The notes under the pieces were generated by a model. It saw only the letters and a program-made list of their open reading frames with translations. It was not told where the DNA came from and did not search any database. 64,000 nucleotides of DNA, taken from NCBI GenBank assembly GCA_028534125.1, contig CM052822.1, forward strand, positions 78,492,001-78,556,000, given 5' to 3'. Shown piece after piece: positions 51,221 to 62,836 of the stretch; the first letter of the stretch is position 1; every line of letters begins with the position of its first letter. Position numbers and translations under genes: made by a program. Source of the DNA: Lama glama (taxonomy: Eukaryota).

Positions 51221-51634
51221 AAAGTATAGCTTAGTTAGCAAAGGTGTTCAGAAAGTCATGTGTTCAAAGTTAGCTAAAGGAAGCCACCTTACCTCCCAGT
51301 TCTCAGAACCCTAGATGCTCAGTAAGTGTGGTAAATAGCCCACTTCTTGCCTTCCTAGAGGGACAGGCACTGAAGCACCGGTGTTCTCTCCTCATCTGCG
51401 GGGGGCCGAGGACAGGACGTGCACGGGTTTGAAGCCGCTCCCTCCTCCCACCAGGCCCGGACAGCAGCTGACGGGGTCCGCGTGTGGAGACCACGGTGGC
51501 TGAGGGAGGGTGAGGCGGGGTCATGGACAGGCAGCCCACCCCCGCCGGCCCAGCCGCTCCGTCTGTGGCTCCCCTCCTCCTGGGAGGAAGGCAGGCTCAC
51601 CTCAGAACGCAGCCCTTGTCCCTGAAGGGGGACA

Positions 51635-51685
51635 ATGCACACCAACATCTTAAAACACACAAATCGGTGTTGTCATTGCTTTATT
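51635..51685 (-). terminator. NCAPG2: NCAPG2 polyadenylation signal and downstream GU-rich element
   Basis: AATAAA on the minus strand at 51680-51685, about 315 nt after the stop, followed by TTTGTGTGTTTTAAGATGTTGGTGTG. Confidence 0.75.
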
Positions 51686-52000
51686 ACTTGTAGTCTGCAA
51701 GCAATTATTAAATATAAAAGTCACTTTAAAAACAGCTAGGTTTGCTAGAAAAGTATCTTTGCACCGTGGGTTTCCGCACCATGATACCTGGAGTCCTTTA
51801 CATTACGTATATTATTTACACAGGCTCTGGGCAAAAGTGTAAGGACTTCCGAGTTTTCTACTCACACCCACCCCGAATAAATCCCACGCTTTCATTATTG
51901 ATGGGTTATTGACATTAAAAACACTAGGAAAATACACATTCATTTCGCTTTCTGTAAGTCCTTTTTCTCTATTTTTACACGACCAAAGATGTGGCCTTGG

Positions 52001-52052
52001 TTATGAATTCAAAAGTGCTCCCAAAGTTCTTGATGATGATTCATAGAGAAAT
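52001..52052 (-). CDS. NCAPG2: NCAPG2 last coding exon
   Basis: tttgtgtttcag|A TTT CTC TAT GAA TCA TCA TCA AGA ACT TTG GGA GCA CTT TTG AAT TCA TAA gives (R)FLYESSSRTLGALLNS*, matching the recalled human C-terminus RFLYESSSRTLGELLNS. Confidence 0.95.
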
Positions 52053-54249
52053 CTGAAACACAAAGAAAGAAGGAATTAGCTACGGAAACAAGCGACAGAT
52101 GCTCGGTGTTTAAATTCTGTTAATATCCTTTCCTTCTCCGTAGGGTAAGTTTTGAACTTCTAAGCCCTCTTTCCTCTCAATTAACTAAACACAAGTCAAG
52201 TTCTCACCTTAGAAATGGTATTTGTAACAAAGGAATCTTGTAAAATGCTTGCATTTCTGAGATTTTTACCATGTCCTATGACAGTAACTTATCAATTATC
52301 TAGTTTGTAATTCTGATGACCTTGCTTCATGTCTGGACTGACAAGTGTTTTCAGAAATACACAGTCTTGTTTCCTCCAGATCAGAATATCACTTCCCTCT
52401 TCCCCACATGCCTAGAAATAGAACAAGTTCATAAAACCTAGAGTCTGTTGGGTTTTTCCCTCAAATGTCCTTTTGAAATTGTACCATAAACAGTCCAGTC
52501 TCTAGAATAAAGCGTGTAACTGAGTGCATGTGTTTGGCTCACAACCAAGGACACCCAAGCCCCCGCTCCAGTGCCCAGCTGAGGCCCACAGAGGCACGGC
52601 ACCGGTCCTGGTCAGCGGGCACTGGAGGGACATTCCCCATGTGGGAGGGGCTTTCTCTTTCGGCTCTGACCCCCGCAGAAGACACATGCTCTCCGGGGCC
52701 AGGTTCCCACAGGGCCCAGCCCTCCCCAGGAGGCCTGGACAGAACAGCGGCACCGCAGGGCACTGCCCTCCAGGCCCCAAGGGGTGGCTGTCCAGCCAGC
52801 AGCTATGCGGCCCCAGCAGGACTCAGCAGAGCGCCAGCTCTGGCCCGGTTTCTCCCTCAGCACCTCCCTACGGACAGCTCCTCCGTCCCCCAGAGATGAG
52901 ACGTCCAGCAGTCCCAGCACAAGGTCTGAGGACTTCGTCCGGGAGCCAGCTTAGCCCTGGGCATGTGTCTTCCACAGGGCAGTGCTGCTGTCACCCAGAG
53001 CTCACCGCCACCCTCTCGAGCCCACAGTCCATCACACCAGCACTCGGACAGGACTCGTGGCTGCGCTTCAGTGTCATAGTCACTGTGGGGCTTCTTCCTC
53101 CTGACAGAAGCCACAAACACTCTGGAAATGTTCACCAAAGGACACTGGGGAGCTGGCTTAATGCCTGACAAAATGGACATCACGGGGGAAAGTACTACTA
53201 GAGAAAAAGAGGGACCTTTCATAACAATAAAAGGGTCAATTCACCAAGAAGATGTATCAGTTCTAAACGCATATGCTCCCAATATGGGGATCACAAGATA
53301 CATAAAGCAAACCCCCGTATCAGAAATGGGCAGGCCCAGCAGAAAAGCATCAGTGAGGACACAGCTGATCCCCACAGGCCCTGCACCCAGCAGCAGCACC
53401 GTGCACGCTCCTCTCAAGCTTGCATGGATGCTCACCAAGACAGGACACACCCTAGGTCACGAAACACATCTTAACAGATTTAAAAGAACAGAAATCCACA
53501 CAGCGTCTACTCTCAGACCAGGTGGACTTAAACTAGAAACCAGTAACAGGAAAATAACTGGAAAATCCTGACGCGTGTGGAGATTAAACAACACACTTCT
53601 ACATAACACAGGGGTCAAAGCAGAAATCTCAAGAAAAATCTTAAAGTATTTTTAACTGAATGAAAACAAAAACATAGCACTAAAGTCCGTGCAATGCAGC
53701 AGAAGCTGTGCTTAGCGGGTACATGACGGCACCGGGGGGCCTGTCAGAGGAGACGAAATTCCTAAAGTCGTATCTCAGCCTCCACCTTGAGAACCAGAAA
53801 AAAGGAGCAGGTTAGACCCAAAGCCGGCAGACGAAGAGAAACAGTAACAATCAGAGCAGCAATCAAAAAACCGCAAACAAGAAATCAACAGAGAAAGTCG
53901 ATGAAACCAAAAGTTGATTCTTTGAAAACTTAATGCTATCAACAAGCCTCTAGCCAGGCTGAAAGACAAAGGGAGAAGACATGAATCACTAGCATCAGAA
54001 GTGGAAGAGGAGACATCACTACAGGGCATTAAAAGGACGCTCAAGACACACTATGCCCACAAAGCAGACAGCCTCGACGAGACGGGCCAACCCCTGAAAG
54101 GCACAGTCCACCGAGACCGACTGGGGAAGAAACAGACCATCTGAACAGGCTTCCGTCCGTCCCAAAGTCTGCAGGAGAAAGCCCCAGATCCAGATGACTC
54201 ACCGGGGAGTTCTGCCAGGCATCTGAGGACAAAGCCGTCCCAGCTCTTT

Positions 54250-55608
54250 CCTTCTTTTCTGTTTGCTTTAACTGAAGCATAGCTGGTTTACAGTGTTGTT
54301 AGTTTCCGGTGTACAGCATGATTCACCTGTACACACATATATATTCCTCCTCATGCTCTTTTCCATCATAGACTATTACATGATATTGAGTACAGTTCCC
54401 TGTGCTAGACTGGAGGTCCTTGTTTATCTATTTTATATATAGTAGCATCTGCTAATCTGGAACTCCCAATTTATCTTTCCCCACCCCTTTCCCCCCCTGG
54501 TAACCATAAGTTTGTATTCTATGTCTGTGAATCTGTTTCTGTTTTGCAAATAAGTTCATTTATGTCCTTTTTCTCTTTTTTTAAGATTCCACATACGAAT
54601 GATATCATATGGTATTATTCTTTCTCTGTTTGACTTATTTCACTCAGTATGACTATNNNNNNNNNNNNNNNNNNNNNNNNNNNNNNNNNNNNNNNNNNNN
54701 NNNNNNNNNNNNNNNNNNNNNNNNNNNNNNNNNNNNNNNNNNNNNNNNNNNNNNNNNNNNNNNNNNNNNNNNNNNNNNNNNNNNNNNNNNNNNNNNNNNN
54801 NNNNNNNNNNNNNNNNNNNNNNNNNNNNNNNNNNNNNNNNNNNNNNNNNNNNNNNNNNNNNNNNNNNNNNNNNGTATCTTTTCAAATTAGAGTTNNNNNN
54901 NNNNNNNNNNNNNNNNNNNNNNNNNNNNNNNNNNNNNNNNNNNNNNNNNNNNNNNNNNNNNNNNNNNNNNNNNNNNNNNNNNNNNNNNNNNNNNNNNNNN
55001 NNNNNNNNNNNNNNNNNNNNNNNNNNNNNNNNNNNNNNNNNNNNNNNNNNNNNNNNNNNNNNNNNNNNNNNNNNNNNNNNNNNNNNNNNNNNNNNNNNNN
55101 NNNNNNNNNNNNNNNNNNNNNNNNNNNNNNNNNNNNNNNNNNNNNNNNNNNNNNNNNNNNNNNNNNNNNNNNNNNNNNNNNNNNNNNNNNNNNNNNNNTG
55201 GAGAATTGCTTGTTTAGGTCTTCTGCCCATTTTTTGATTAGGTTGTTTGTTTCTCTGTTATTGAGTTGTATGTGCTGTTTGTATATTCTGGAAATTACAC
55301 CCTAGTCAGTCACATTATTCATAAATAATTTCTCCCATTCCATAGGTTGTTTTATTTATGGTTTGCTTTGCTCTGCAAAAGCTTGTAAGTTTACTTAGGT
55401 CCCATTTGTTTATTTTTGCTTCCATTTCTATTGCCGGGGTAGACTGCCTTAGGAGGACACTGCTATGATTTATATGAGAAAATGTTTTGCTTATTTTTCC
55501 TTCTAGGAGGTTTATGGTATCCTGCCTTATGTTTAAGTCTTTAAGCATTTTGAGTTTACTTCTGTGTATGGTGTGAGGGAGTGTTCTAACTTCACTGGTT
55601 TGCATGTG
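54250..55608 (-). mobile_element. Younger 5'-truncated L1 nested in the older L1, opposite orientation
   Basis: Reverse L1 3' UTR (ttaactgaagcatagctggtttacagtgttgttagtttccggtgtacagc) and ORF2 C-terminal remnant (LKDLNIRQDTINLLE...KINKWDLSKLTSFCRAK). Imperfect TSD gtcccagctcttt (54237-54249) / gtaccagttcttt (55609-55621). Confidence 0.85.
54657..55198. other. Assembly gaps: N runs at 54657-54873 and 54895-55198
   Basis: N runs of 217 and 304 nt separated by a 21-nt island of sequence. Confidence 1.
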
Positions 55609-56912
55609 GTACCAGTTCTTTATAGTCTCTTTCAGAATACAGAAGCGCAGGGAATACTTCCTAACTCATTCTATGAGGCCAGCATTTCCCTAACAGCAAA
55701 GCCAGAAAAAGACATTACAGGAAAAGAAAACCAGACCAATCTATCTTATGAACCTGGATCCAAAAATAATCAACAAAATATTAGCAAATCAATCACAACA
55801 GTGTACAAAGAAAGTACACACCATGACCAAGTAAGATTCATGCCAGGCATACGAGGCCGGTTCAACACCCAAAAATCAGCTGATGCAAAACTTATCACAT
55901 CAGCTGGCTAAAGAAGGAACATCACACAATCCTATCAGTAGATGAGAAAAGCATTTAACAAAACCCAACACTCACTCAGGACAAGAGCAACCTGCAAACT
56001 AGAAACAGGGGGACATCCTCAACCTGATAAAGAACACCTACAGCCAACACGTGCCTCCTGGTGGGAGACGAGCAGCCTTCCCACCAAAGTCACACACAAG
56101 ACAAGTGTGCCCCACCATCGCTCCTTCTCAGTGCCGTCCTGGGGGCCCGGCTGATGCCACAAGACAACAGAAAGGGAGAGAAGCACACAGACGGAGAAGG
56201 AAGAGGTCCTTGTTCGTAAGTGAGCAGTCAGGAGTTTGAAAGCCCTTTCTAGAGCAGAAAGTAGCTATGGGAAGCAGCTGATTTCCAGGTGAACAAACTA
56301 ATCACCTGGCTCAGAGCCCTGTAACATTCGACCATATAATGTTCAGAAAACTGCAGGAGAACACTGCTTCTCTGGCTGGTCTGGTCAAAAGTCTGTAATA
56401 AATTGCACAGCATGACAGAAACAGTATATATAGCAGCAAAAACAGCCCAGTGAACACATTCCTAGGAAGCAGGCCCTGTGGCAGCGACGAGCCACCCAGC
56501 AGGTAAGAAGGGATGCGTAGCCCTCCAGCCTCTGGAGGGGGGGCTTTCCCGTTCCCGATGGGGATACTTGTAAACAGGGTAATTATGTCTCCGGGACGCC
56601 CGTGGTTTCAAAAATACAGCAAGCCACCAAAAATAATCTGTCTAGGTTTAAAGCCATATAAAATGAGTGTGTATGCCCTTACTTTTCTAGGGTAGAATTT
56701 TGCAAATGAGTTTTGTTTCTGCTCCTAAACACAGAATGAGGAAGTAAATTAAACATATGCTCAAGGAGTTCTGCCAACAAAAATGTTTCCATCTTTTCAA
56801 TCCCCAGTTTTCTACCTGGCTGTAATGAGCGGAAATGAAAGCGTGATCTGAAACACACCTAAGGGGAACCAGTGGTCCTCAGATGACCAGACCTGGGTGT
56901 AGCCGTGCTCAC

Positions 56913-57012
56913 CTCTCCCTGCTGTCCTCTTCCAGAGTGATCTCCATGAATGCCTTCAGTTTCCTGTGAACAGTTGCCGCAACATCCTGCACTTTTGAGC
57001 TCTTAAGTTTAC
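56913..57012 (-). CDS. NCAPG2: NCAPG2 penultimate coding exon (100 nt)
   Basis: cag|...|gtgagc; (G)KLKSSKVQDVAATVHRKLKAFMEITLEEDSRE(R); phase 1 in, phase 2 out, consistent with both neighbours. Confidence 0.95.
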
Positions 57013-58058
57013 CTGTGGGGAAAGGTACGTTAAAGACAGAAAAAGACTTGAACTCTGCACAGAAAGCACACTTGCTCTGTCAGCATGGGTGCAGCTTCAG
57101 CAGGACTGAGCCTCCTACCCTTCCTGTTGAGTAAACCCACCTACTGACCTGTGGACCACTAATAATCCCCTGTAAAGGGGTCAGAAGGACCACTGGATGT
57201 GTATGAAAGCACCTCACCAGCTCTGGGGCGGCCCTGTGGCCCCATGAGCTCTGTCCCTGCAGCCCGGGCCCCAGGAGTTCTACGTCGGCCATCAGACTTG
57301 ACGCTCACCTGTGCCCCCCAAGAAACACACTTCAGGGTCATCATCTGTGTGGCACGAGGACTCCCAGCGCCCAGCCTCTGTCCCACACCCTCCGCACTCC
57401 CCAGCCTGCTGATCACCACCAGGGGCTCCCTCGGGCAAGTCTTCCTGGGTCAGACTAGCTAGACATTTGTGGTGTCATCAGTGTGCAGCCATACTATGCA
57501 TTCAGGCTTGTGGGTGGAGCTTGTCCTGAGAAAAGCATGCTCTACGTGTAATATGTTACTCAGAAAATAATTTCAACTTTAGTAAAACTGAACAAAAAAT
57601 ACAGAAACTTAACAGTAGTCCATCGACAGGGACATTACTGTATTTTACACCGAGATAAGCCTTTCATAGGTATCTCCAGTTATTCTTCTATACTGTTTCC
57701 ACTGGTTGGGAAGTCAGAATAGACAGGGTTAAAGCTCAAGCAAAACAGCAGACACATCAAAGTTAATTCCAAACACACCACCGTGAGCAAGCACAGACAC
57801 AGAGCTTTAAGCACACACAACAATGGTAACACACGACAAGCCAACAGAAACTCAGCTCCGAGGCAGAGAGAAGGGGCGTGGATGGGAACTGCATTCAGAG
57901 GGTGAGCTGGCAGCCAGCAGTGGACTCCTGGGGCAGCAGGCGTCTAGAGCACGTGAGAGCCTGACCAGCAGGGGCCTCTTCCCAGATATTCCCCACAGTT
58001 CTACATAAGACACGCCTAGCAAGGGCCCAGACAGGAAGTGGCAGGAAGTGTAACCAAC

Positions 58059-58159
58059 CTTTATTAATAACCAGAATAATGTGTGTAACAGCTGTGAGAC
58101 ATACAATGCCTTCAATATCGTCAGAAGTGACACATGCCTTCAATTCATCTAAAAATGAC
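58059..58159 (-). CDS. NCAPG2: NCAPG2 coding exon (101 nt)
   Basis: tttttgcag|...|gttggt; (R)SFLDELKACVTSDDIEGIVCLTAVTHIILVINK(G). Confidence 0.95.
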
Positions 58160-58981
58160 CTGCAAAAATGTAATAAACACCAGAAGTTACTCCACAGTAT
58201 ATATTCCAATACTTTATGCAAAGACAAATGCAGCCAAGGTCCATGAACCACCATGAGCTCCAGTTTTCAGGCACCGCGGGAGGCTGATTACCTCCTTCCA
58301 CCTCTGTGAAGCAAGCCCCTCACACCGGGGACTCTGGAGTCAGGTGACAGCGGTGGAAGGAGTCCCTGGACGTCCTGGAAAGTGAAGAAGCTACCCTGCA
58401 TGCTCACAACGCACACAGGAAGGATTTAATGCTGCTGACAGATAATTCACTGCTGCTAAAAGTGACGCTCTCTGAAGTTTTCAGTGGACACATCTGCCAT
58501 TAATGTCCACTGGCACTGGACCCCAGCAAGCACTACCCCTCTGTGGCCCCGCAGCCCTGCAGGCGCCACAGAGACCCTAGAGTGTGGGTCACGGGACAGA
58601 GGGCCCAGAGGAACGAGGAGCAGCCGTGTGCCGAGTGAACGCCACACCGCAGTTTAACCAAGTCAAGCATTTCCGAAGTGCGCATTGTGGAAGTGTTTTA
58701 GTGCACGTTAACAGCCAAAGTGTTTCCTTCTAACTGAACTTCAGTTACAGTAACTGTAACCAGAGACTTTGGATGAATATATTTCACAGAAAGTTACAAT
58801 CTCTCTTTGAAGTATAGTGTTAATATTTTTAACTGCTGATAAGATGAGAAAAAATTGTATGGAATGTGTTTCTTAGGAGAAAGATGCCCTTCTGAGGGGC
58901 GGGGAGTGAAGGGAGCAGCACTCCAGCTGCAGAGAGGTCACGGGAACACCGGGGTCGCGGCCGCCCAAGGAAGAGGGTTAC

Positions 58982-59085
58982 CTGACTGCGCTCGGAGCCT
59001 TCAGTACTATTCCTATTAAACACCTTGAAAACGGTGGAAGATCCGAGAGACACGTCGGCGGGGCAAGCTCTTCCGTATCTGAAAC
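58982..59085 (-). CDS. NCAPG2: NCAPG2 coding exon (104 nt)
   Basis: tttgtgtttag|...|gtaacc; VSDTEELAPPTCLSDLPPFSRCLIGIVLKAPSAV(R). Confidence 0.93.
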
Positions 59086-59454
59086 CTAAACACAAAAGTG
59101 AGTCGGTAACTGAAAACTGAGATGGAGACCGGGCCGATCGGGGGTCTCACGGCAAGCGCTTCGGGTTTGCGCCCACACTCGAGAAAGAAAGGCTTTCGGG
59201 AGCCTCAGGATAATGACCTTTTACTAACTGCTGTAATGCTCACCATAATTAGGACCAACCTGTCCCTACGCCCACGGCTGCCTCACCCAGCTAGATGGAG
59301 GTGAAGGAAAAAGACGTCACCAGCAACCTTGCTGTTGAACCAAACCTTTCATGTTGATGTTTTCTGTAAACGATGTGTTTTTATGTGAAGCAAACTTAAC
59401 TCATTACTTTTATTAGTACAGATTCTGTGAGGCAGTAAAATACTAAATATTTAA

Positions 59455-59805
59455 GTTGAATAGTAACTACTTTCAACTTTGTGGGCAAAACAGTCTCTGT
59501 CACAACTACTCAGTTCTGCTTTTGTAGCACAAGCACGCGGGAAAATGGGGCGGGGTGGGCGTGGCCGTCGGTGGAGGTGGGAGTGGCCGTGGGCACCAGG
59601 TGGTCGTGGAGGTGAGCAGGGGTACAGGGTGGGCCAGGGGACAGAATGGGTGTGGTCGTGGGGTGGCAGTGGCTCTGGGTGCAGGGGTGGGGCGGGCTTG
59701 GGCATGGCCGTGGGGTGGCCGTGGGCGTGGTCGCGGGCTGGCTACGGCGCGCTCACAACTTCATTTGCAACACCAGGGCGGCCCAGGTCGGCACGTGGGG
59801 AACAG
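59455..59805 (+). mobile_element. MER58A-like hAT element split by a G-rich expansion (about 59546-59740)
   Basis: tagtaactactttcaactttgtgggc...gtctctgtcacaactactcagttctgcttttgtagc, resuming after the expansion as aacttcatttgcaacaccagggcgg. Confidence 0.7.
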
Positions 59806-60686
59806 GTGTGCTGTGCAGCTTGCGGGGCGGACACTCCTAGGTCTTCTGCCATGCGTGAAGCGGCGCTCACCCTCCCAAACCCAGCTGGCCCCCCATCAAG
59901 CTTTCAGGAGGCCTCAAACTCCACTCCCGTTTCAGAGCCTTGTCAACTTCTCTCATAGCCATGATTTTATAATACAAAGTTTATGCAAATACATCTGCTT
60001 GCATTTATATAATTCAACGATACTTTCTGCCAGATTGCATCTTTTCATACTTAGAAAACACGTGGGTATTTTTGCTGTCTTAAGCCCCTGGTTCAAGCCC
60101 TGGCTCACTGCCTCCAGGAGTCCACAGGATGGAAGAACGGTTCTGTTTGGACCTGGATTATCACCAAGTGTGTCCGTCTTTAACCAAGGAGGCCGATCAC
60201 ATGAAAGAGGCTGCTGCTCTCCTGACAGAGCAGGAGTGAAGACATTGTCTCTAGACTGAGAGCATGAGCTCACACTGCCTATGCTTAAACATAAAAGAAA
60301 ACTCAGAAAAGCAAGGCTTACGCTACAGTGAGGCAAAGGCGTGACCTCCTGAAAGTGCAGCCCACGAGCACACCGCTCACCACGACTACGGCTTCCTTCG
60401 CCTTCCGGGAGAAGGGGGCTTAAGAAATGTATCAAATCACTTAAGTCTCCAAGCACGGCAACCGAACAGCTCACAGTGAAGGACGTGCCCGACAGCATCC
60501 CCTCACCCCGTAGCTCCCAGTGGCCACGTGACGCGACCACGCAAACCAGCAATGAGGCTGTGCGGTGGCTGTGGACAAGCACATCTCCCACTGAATGGGA
60601 GTTCCCATAAAATACTTGGGAAAAGATACAAACGTGCTCCTGAGAGGTCAAAGCGAAACAGCAGTTTCAGGACCAGCGCACTTCAC

Positions 60687-60827
60687 CTTTCGCAGCCGGT
60701 GACTCATCTCGACCACAGACGCGGCAATCAGAGTGGAGAACACACCGCGGTGGATGGGCGTGTCCATGTGCCAAGACTGGACCGAGGTGATGAACTCATG
60801 TAGAGGTGTCTGAACAGAATAAAGCAG
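60687..60827 (-). CDS. NCAPG2: NCAPG2 coding exon (141 nt)
   Basis: ctttttgtag|...AAG|gtgaag; LLYSVQTPLHEFITSVQSWHMDTPIHRGVFSTLIAASVVEMSHRLRK. Confidence 0.93.
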
Positions 60828-61684
60828 CTACAAAAAGCACAAGCACATCAGTCATTTTTAGTGCCCGGAAAACCACTGCCCTCCCCCGAGCCAGGTGCCG
60901 GGCCGTCTGCCCACCCTCACACGCGCCATCCTCTCTGCTGCTGCCGGCACCGGGCGAGAAAGCCCACGGGGACCGCCTCTAGACCTTCTTTCCCCAGAGC
61001 AAAGAAAACGCCCCCAAAATGGGAGTTTCAATAATATTAATAAAGAAAACAGCAGGAAGAAAGGGAAGAGGAGCATCACTGGCATTAAGGGAGATGTCAA
61101 CTCTGGGACCATGTGTTCTGAACAGGGCTGCTGCCCATGGTGAGAACAGATTTGGGCACAAATTTCATAAACCGGTCCCAGACACTTGGACCAACTCATC
61201 AAAAATAGGAATGTTTCAAATTAAACTGGATATGAACTAAGCTATGGAAAACAAGCCCACAGCTGTCACTGACCTCCATCAGCTAAAAACAGCATAAAAC
61301 TGAGTTTCCACAGTTCACAACATCCTCCCGTTTAAGCATCTTAAACCTTCACTAAAGAAGGTGACCCCTGCGAGCCTCCCACAGTGAGTTCTCTGGGCAG
61401 GTGAGCGCCCTGCTGCTGGCCACGGGCCTCACCCTAGGACCACCTGCTGCAGCACTGACAGTCTGGGTGGGTTCCCGGCCCACGAGCAGAGCAGAGGGAC
61501 TGTCTCTGAGCGCTGCCCTCTGGAGAAGGCTGGCTCCAGGCAAGCCCTCCTACCTGCGCCGAACCTCACCCGGCGCCTGGCGGCACCTGCAGGGCCACGG
61601 CCAGCGTGGGAGCAGACCTGGCCTCGCTCTGCACACCCAGCCAGCAGCTGTTCTGATGACCTCGCCCTGGGGAGGCGCCCGCAC

Positions 61685-61872
61685 CCGCAAGCCTTCTTCT
61701 GGTTGCTTCCTGAAGCTCCGGGCCATACATTCCAGCATCTTCTGAAACACCTTCTGGACCATATCGAACAGCCACGCGACTTCTTCCTCTGAGTCTGTTT
61801 TCTGCATCAAGGAATTTGCAGTGACCTCTTTCAGAATGCCAAGGAGCAACGAAACATAAAAGAACCCCTTCA
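61685..61872 (-). CDS. NCAPG2: NCAPG2 coding exon (188 nt); further upstream exons were not found in the window
   Basis: ttttctttgcag|TG AAG GGG...TTG CGG|gtgcgg; (V)KGFFYVSLLLGILKEVTANSLMQKTDSEEEVAWLFDMVQKVFQKMLECMARSFRKQPEEGLR. Confidence 0.95.
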
Positions 61873-62585
61873 CTGCAAAGAAAATTGGAAAAAACTGTTA
61901 CCTAATCTCACAGTTCAGTTGAAACCATTTCACTTTTCTCACTTAACACACGTATGTCATGTGACTTAACGGGGCCAGTGTGAGCCAGCGCCAGGTTGAC
62001 CGGATCAGCGTGAACCAGCCCCGCAAGCTGCCCTTCGTGAATATCAAACAGCAGCGCACTCGGCTGAGGCGCTCAGGACCTCTGCCCGGGACAGCGTCCT
62101 TCCCTGGACACCTCGTCTTCTCACGTGTCAGGTCTGAGATGGGTGGCCCAAGAGCTTTCTAAACATACCTGGAATCTCCAAGGCCAGCTCTGCTACCCCC
62201 AACACTGTGTGGTTTATGGTGTCTTTCTCTCCTTTCTTGTGTGGCGCTGATATGGTACAATGTTTCCAGTGTGTGAACTTAGTCCTACAGTTCCTCCTGG
62301 ACACCTTCAGCTCTCCTTTTTGTCTCCCTGCAGGCCAGCCTGTGGGCTGAGCCACGAACAGAGCCAGCAGCACCGCCCCTGCAAGCCCTGGGAGCATCCC
62401 GTCGTCCGAGTCCCACACTGGGCCACACGCCGCTCACACCTTCAGGCCTGTGTGCATGGGTGCCTCCCTCTGACTGGGCAGCAGCCATGATGCTTACATA
62501 CATTTACAAACTACACTCACACTTTTTTTAAAACCTTGTCATACGGAAAAGCACAGAAACAATGTTCCTCATAAAAGATTATTAT

Positions 62586-62836
62586 CTACAGACTTGAGGT
62601 TGCCAAGGGGCGGGGGCAGTAAGGGACAGAAACTGGGGTTTCAAAACGTAGAACAGACAAACAAGATTATACTGTGCAGCACAGGGAAACATACCCAAGA
62701 TCTTACAGTAGCTCATAGCAGAAAAAAATGTGACCATGAGTATATATACGTTCATATATAACTGAAAAATCGTGCTCTTCACTGGAATTTGACACAACAT
62801 TGTAAAATGACTATAACTCAATAAAAAATGTTAAAA
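62586..62836 (+). mobile_element. Young 5'-truncated L1 3' end with perfect 13-bp TSD
   Basis: gttgccaagggg...aacaagattatactgtgcagcacaggg...aatgactataactcaataaaaaatgttaaaa; TSD aaaagattattat at 62573-62585 and 62837-62849. Confidence 0.88.

Larger units (their letters stand above)
53120..56210 (+). mobile_element. Old, degenerate L1 ORF2 relic (endonuclease to RT start) in the last NCAPG2 intron, interrupted by a nested L1
   Basis: Endonuclease-like translation EGPFITIKGSIHQEDVSVLNAYAPN...LGHETHLNRFKRTEI and later GILPNSFYEASISLTAKPEKD and HHDQVRFMPG; many stops and frameshifts. Confidence 0.9.

Noticed and set aside
56285-56343. Two adjacent small hairpins (CCAGGTGA...TCACCTGG and AACATT...AATGTT) as a snoRNA or miRNA
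   Set aside because: Stems of 6-8 bp are too short, and no H/ACA or C/D box arrangement is present.
62128-62418. Possible extra NCAPG2 exon ending at a strong CAG|GTATGT donor near 62168
   Set aside because: Translation does not resemble recalled NCAPG2 and the upstream AG lacks a polypyrimidine tract.
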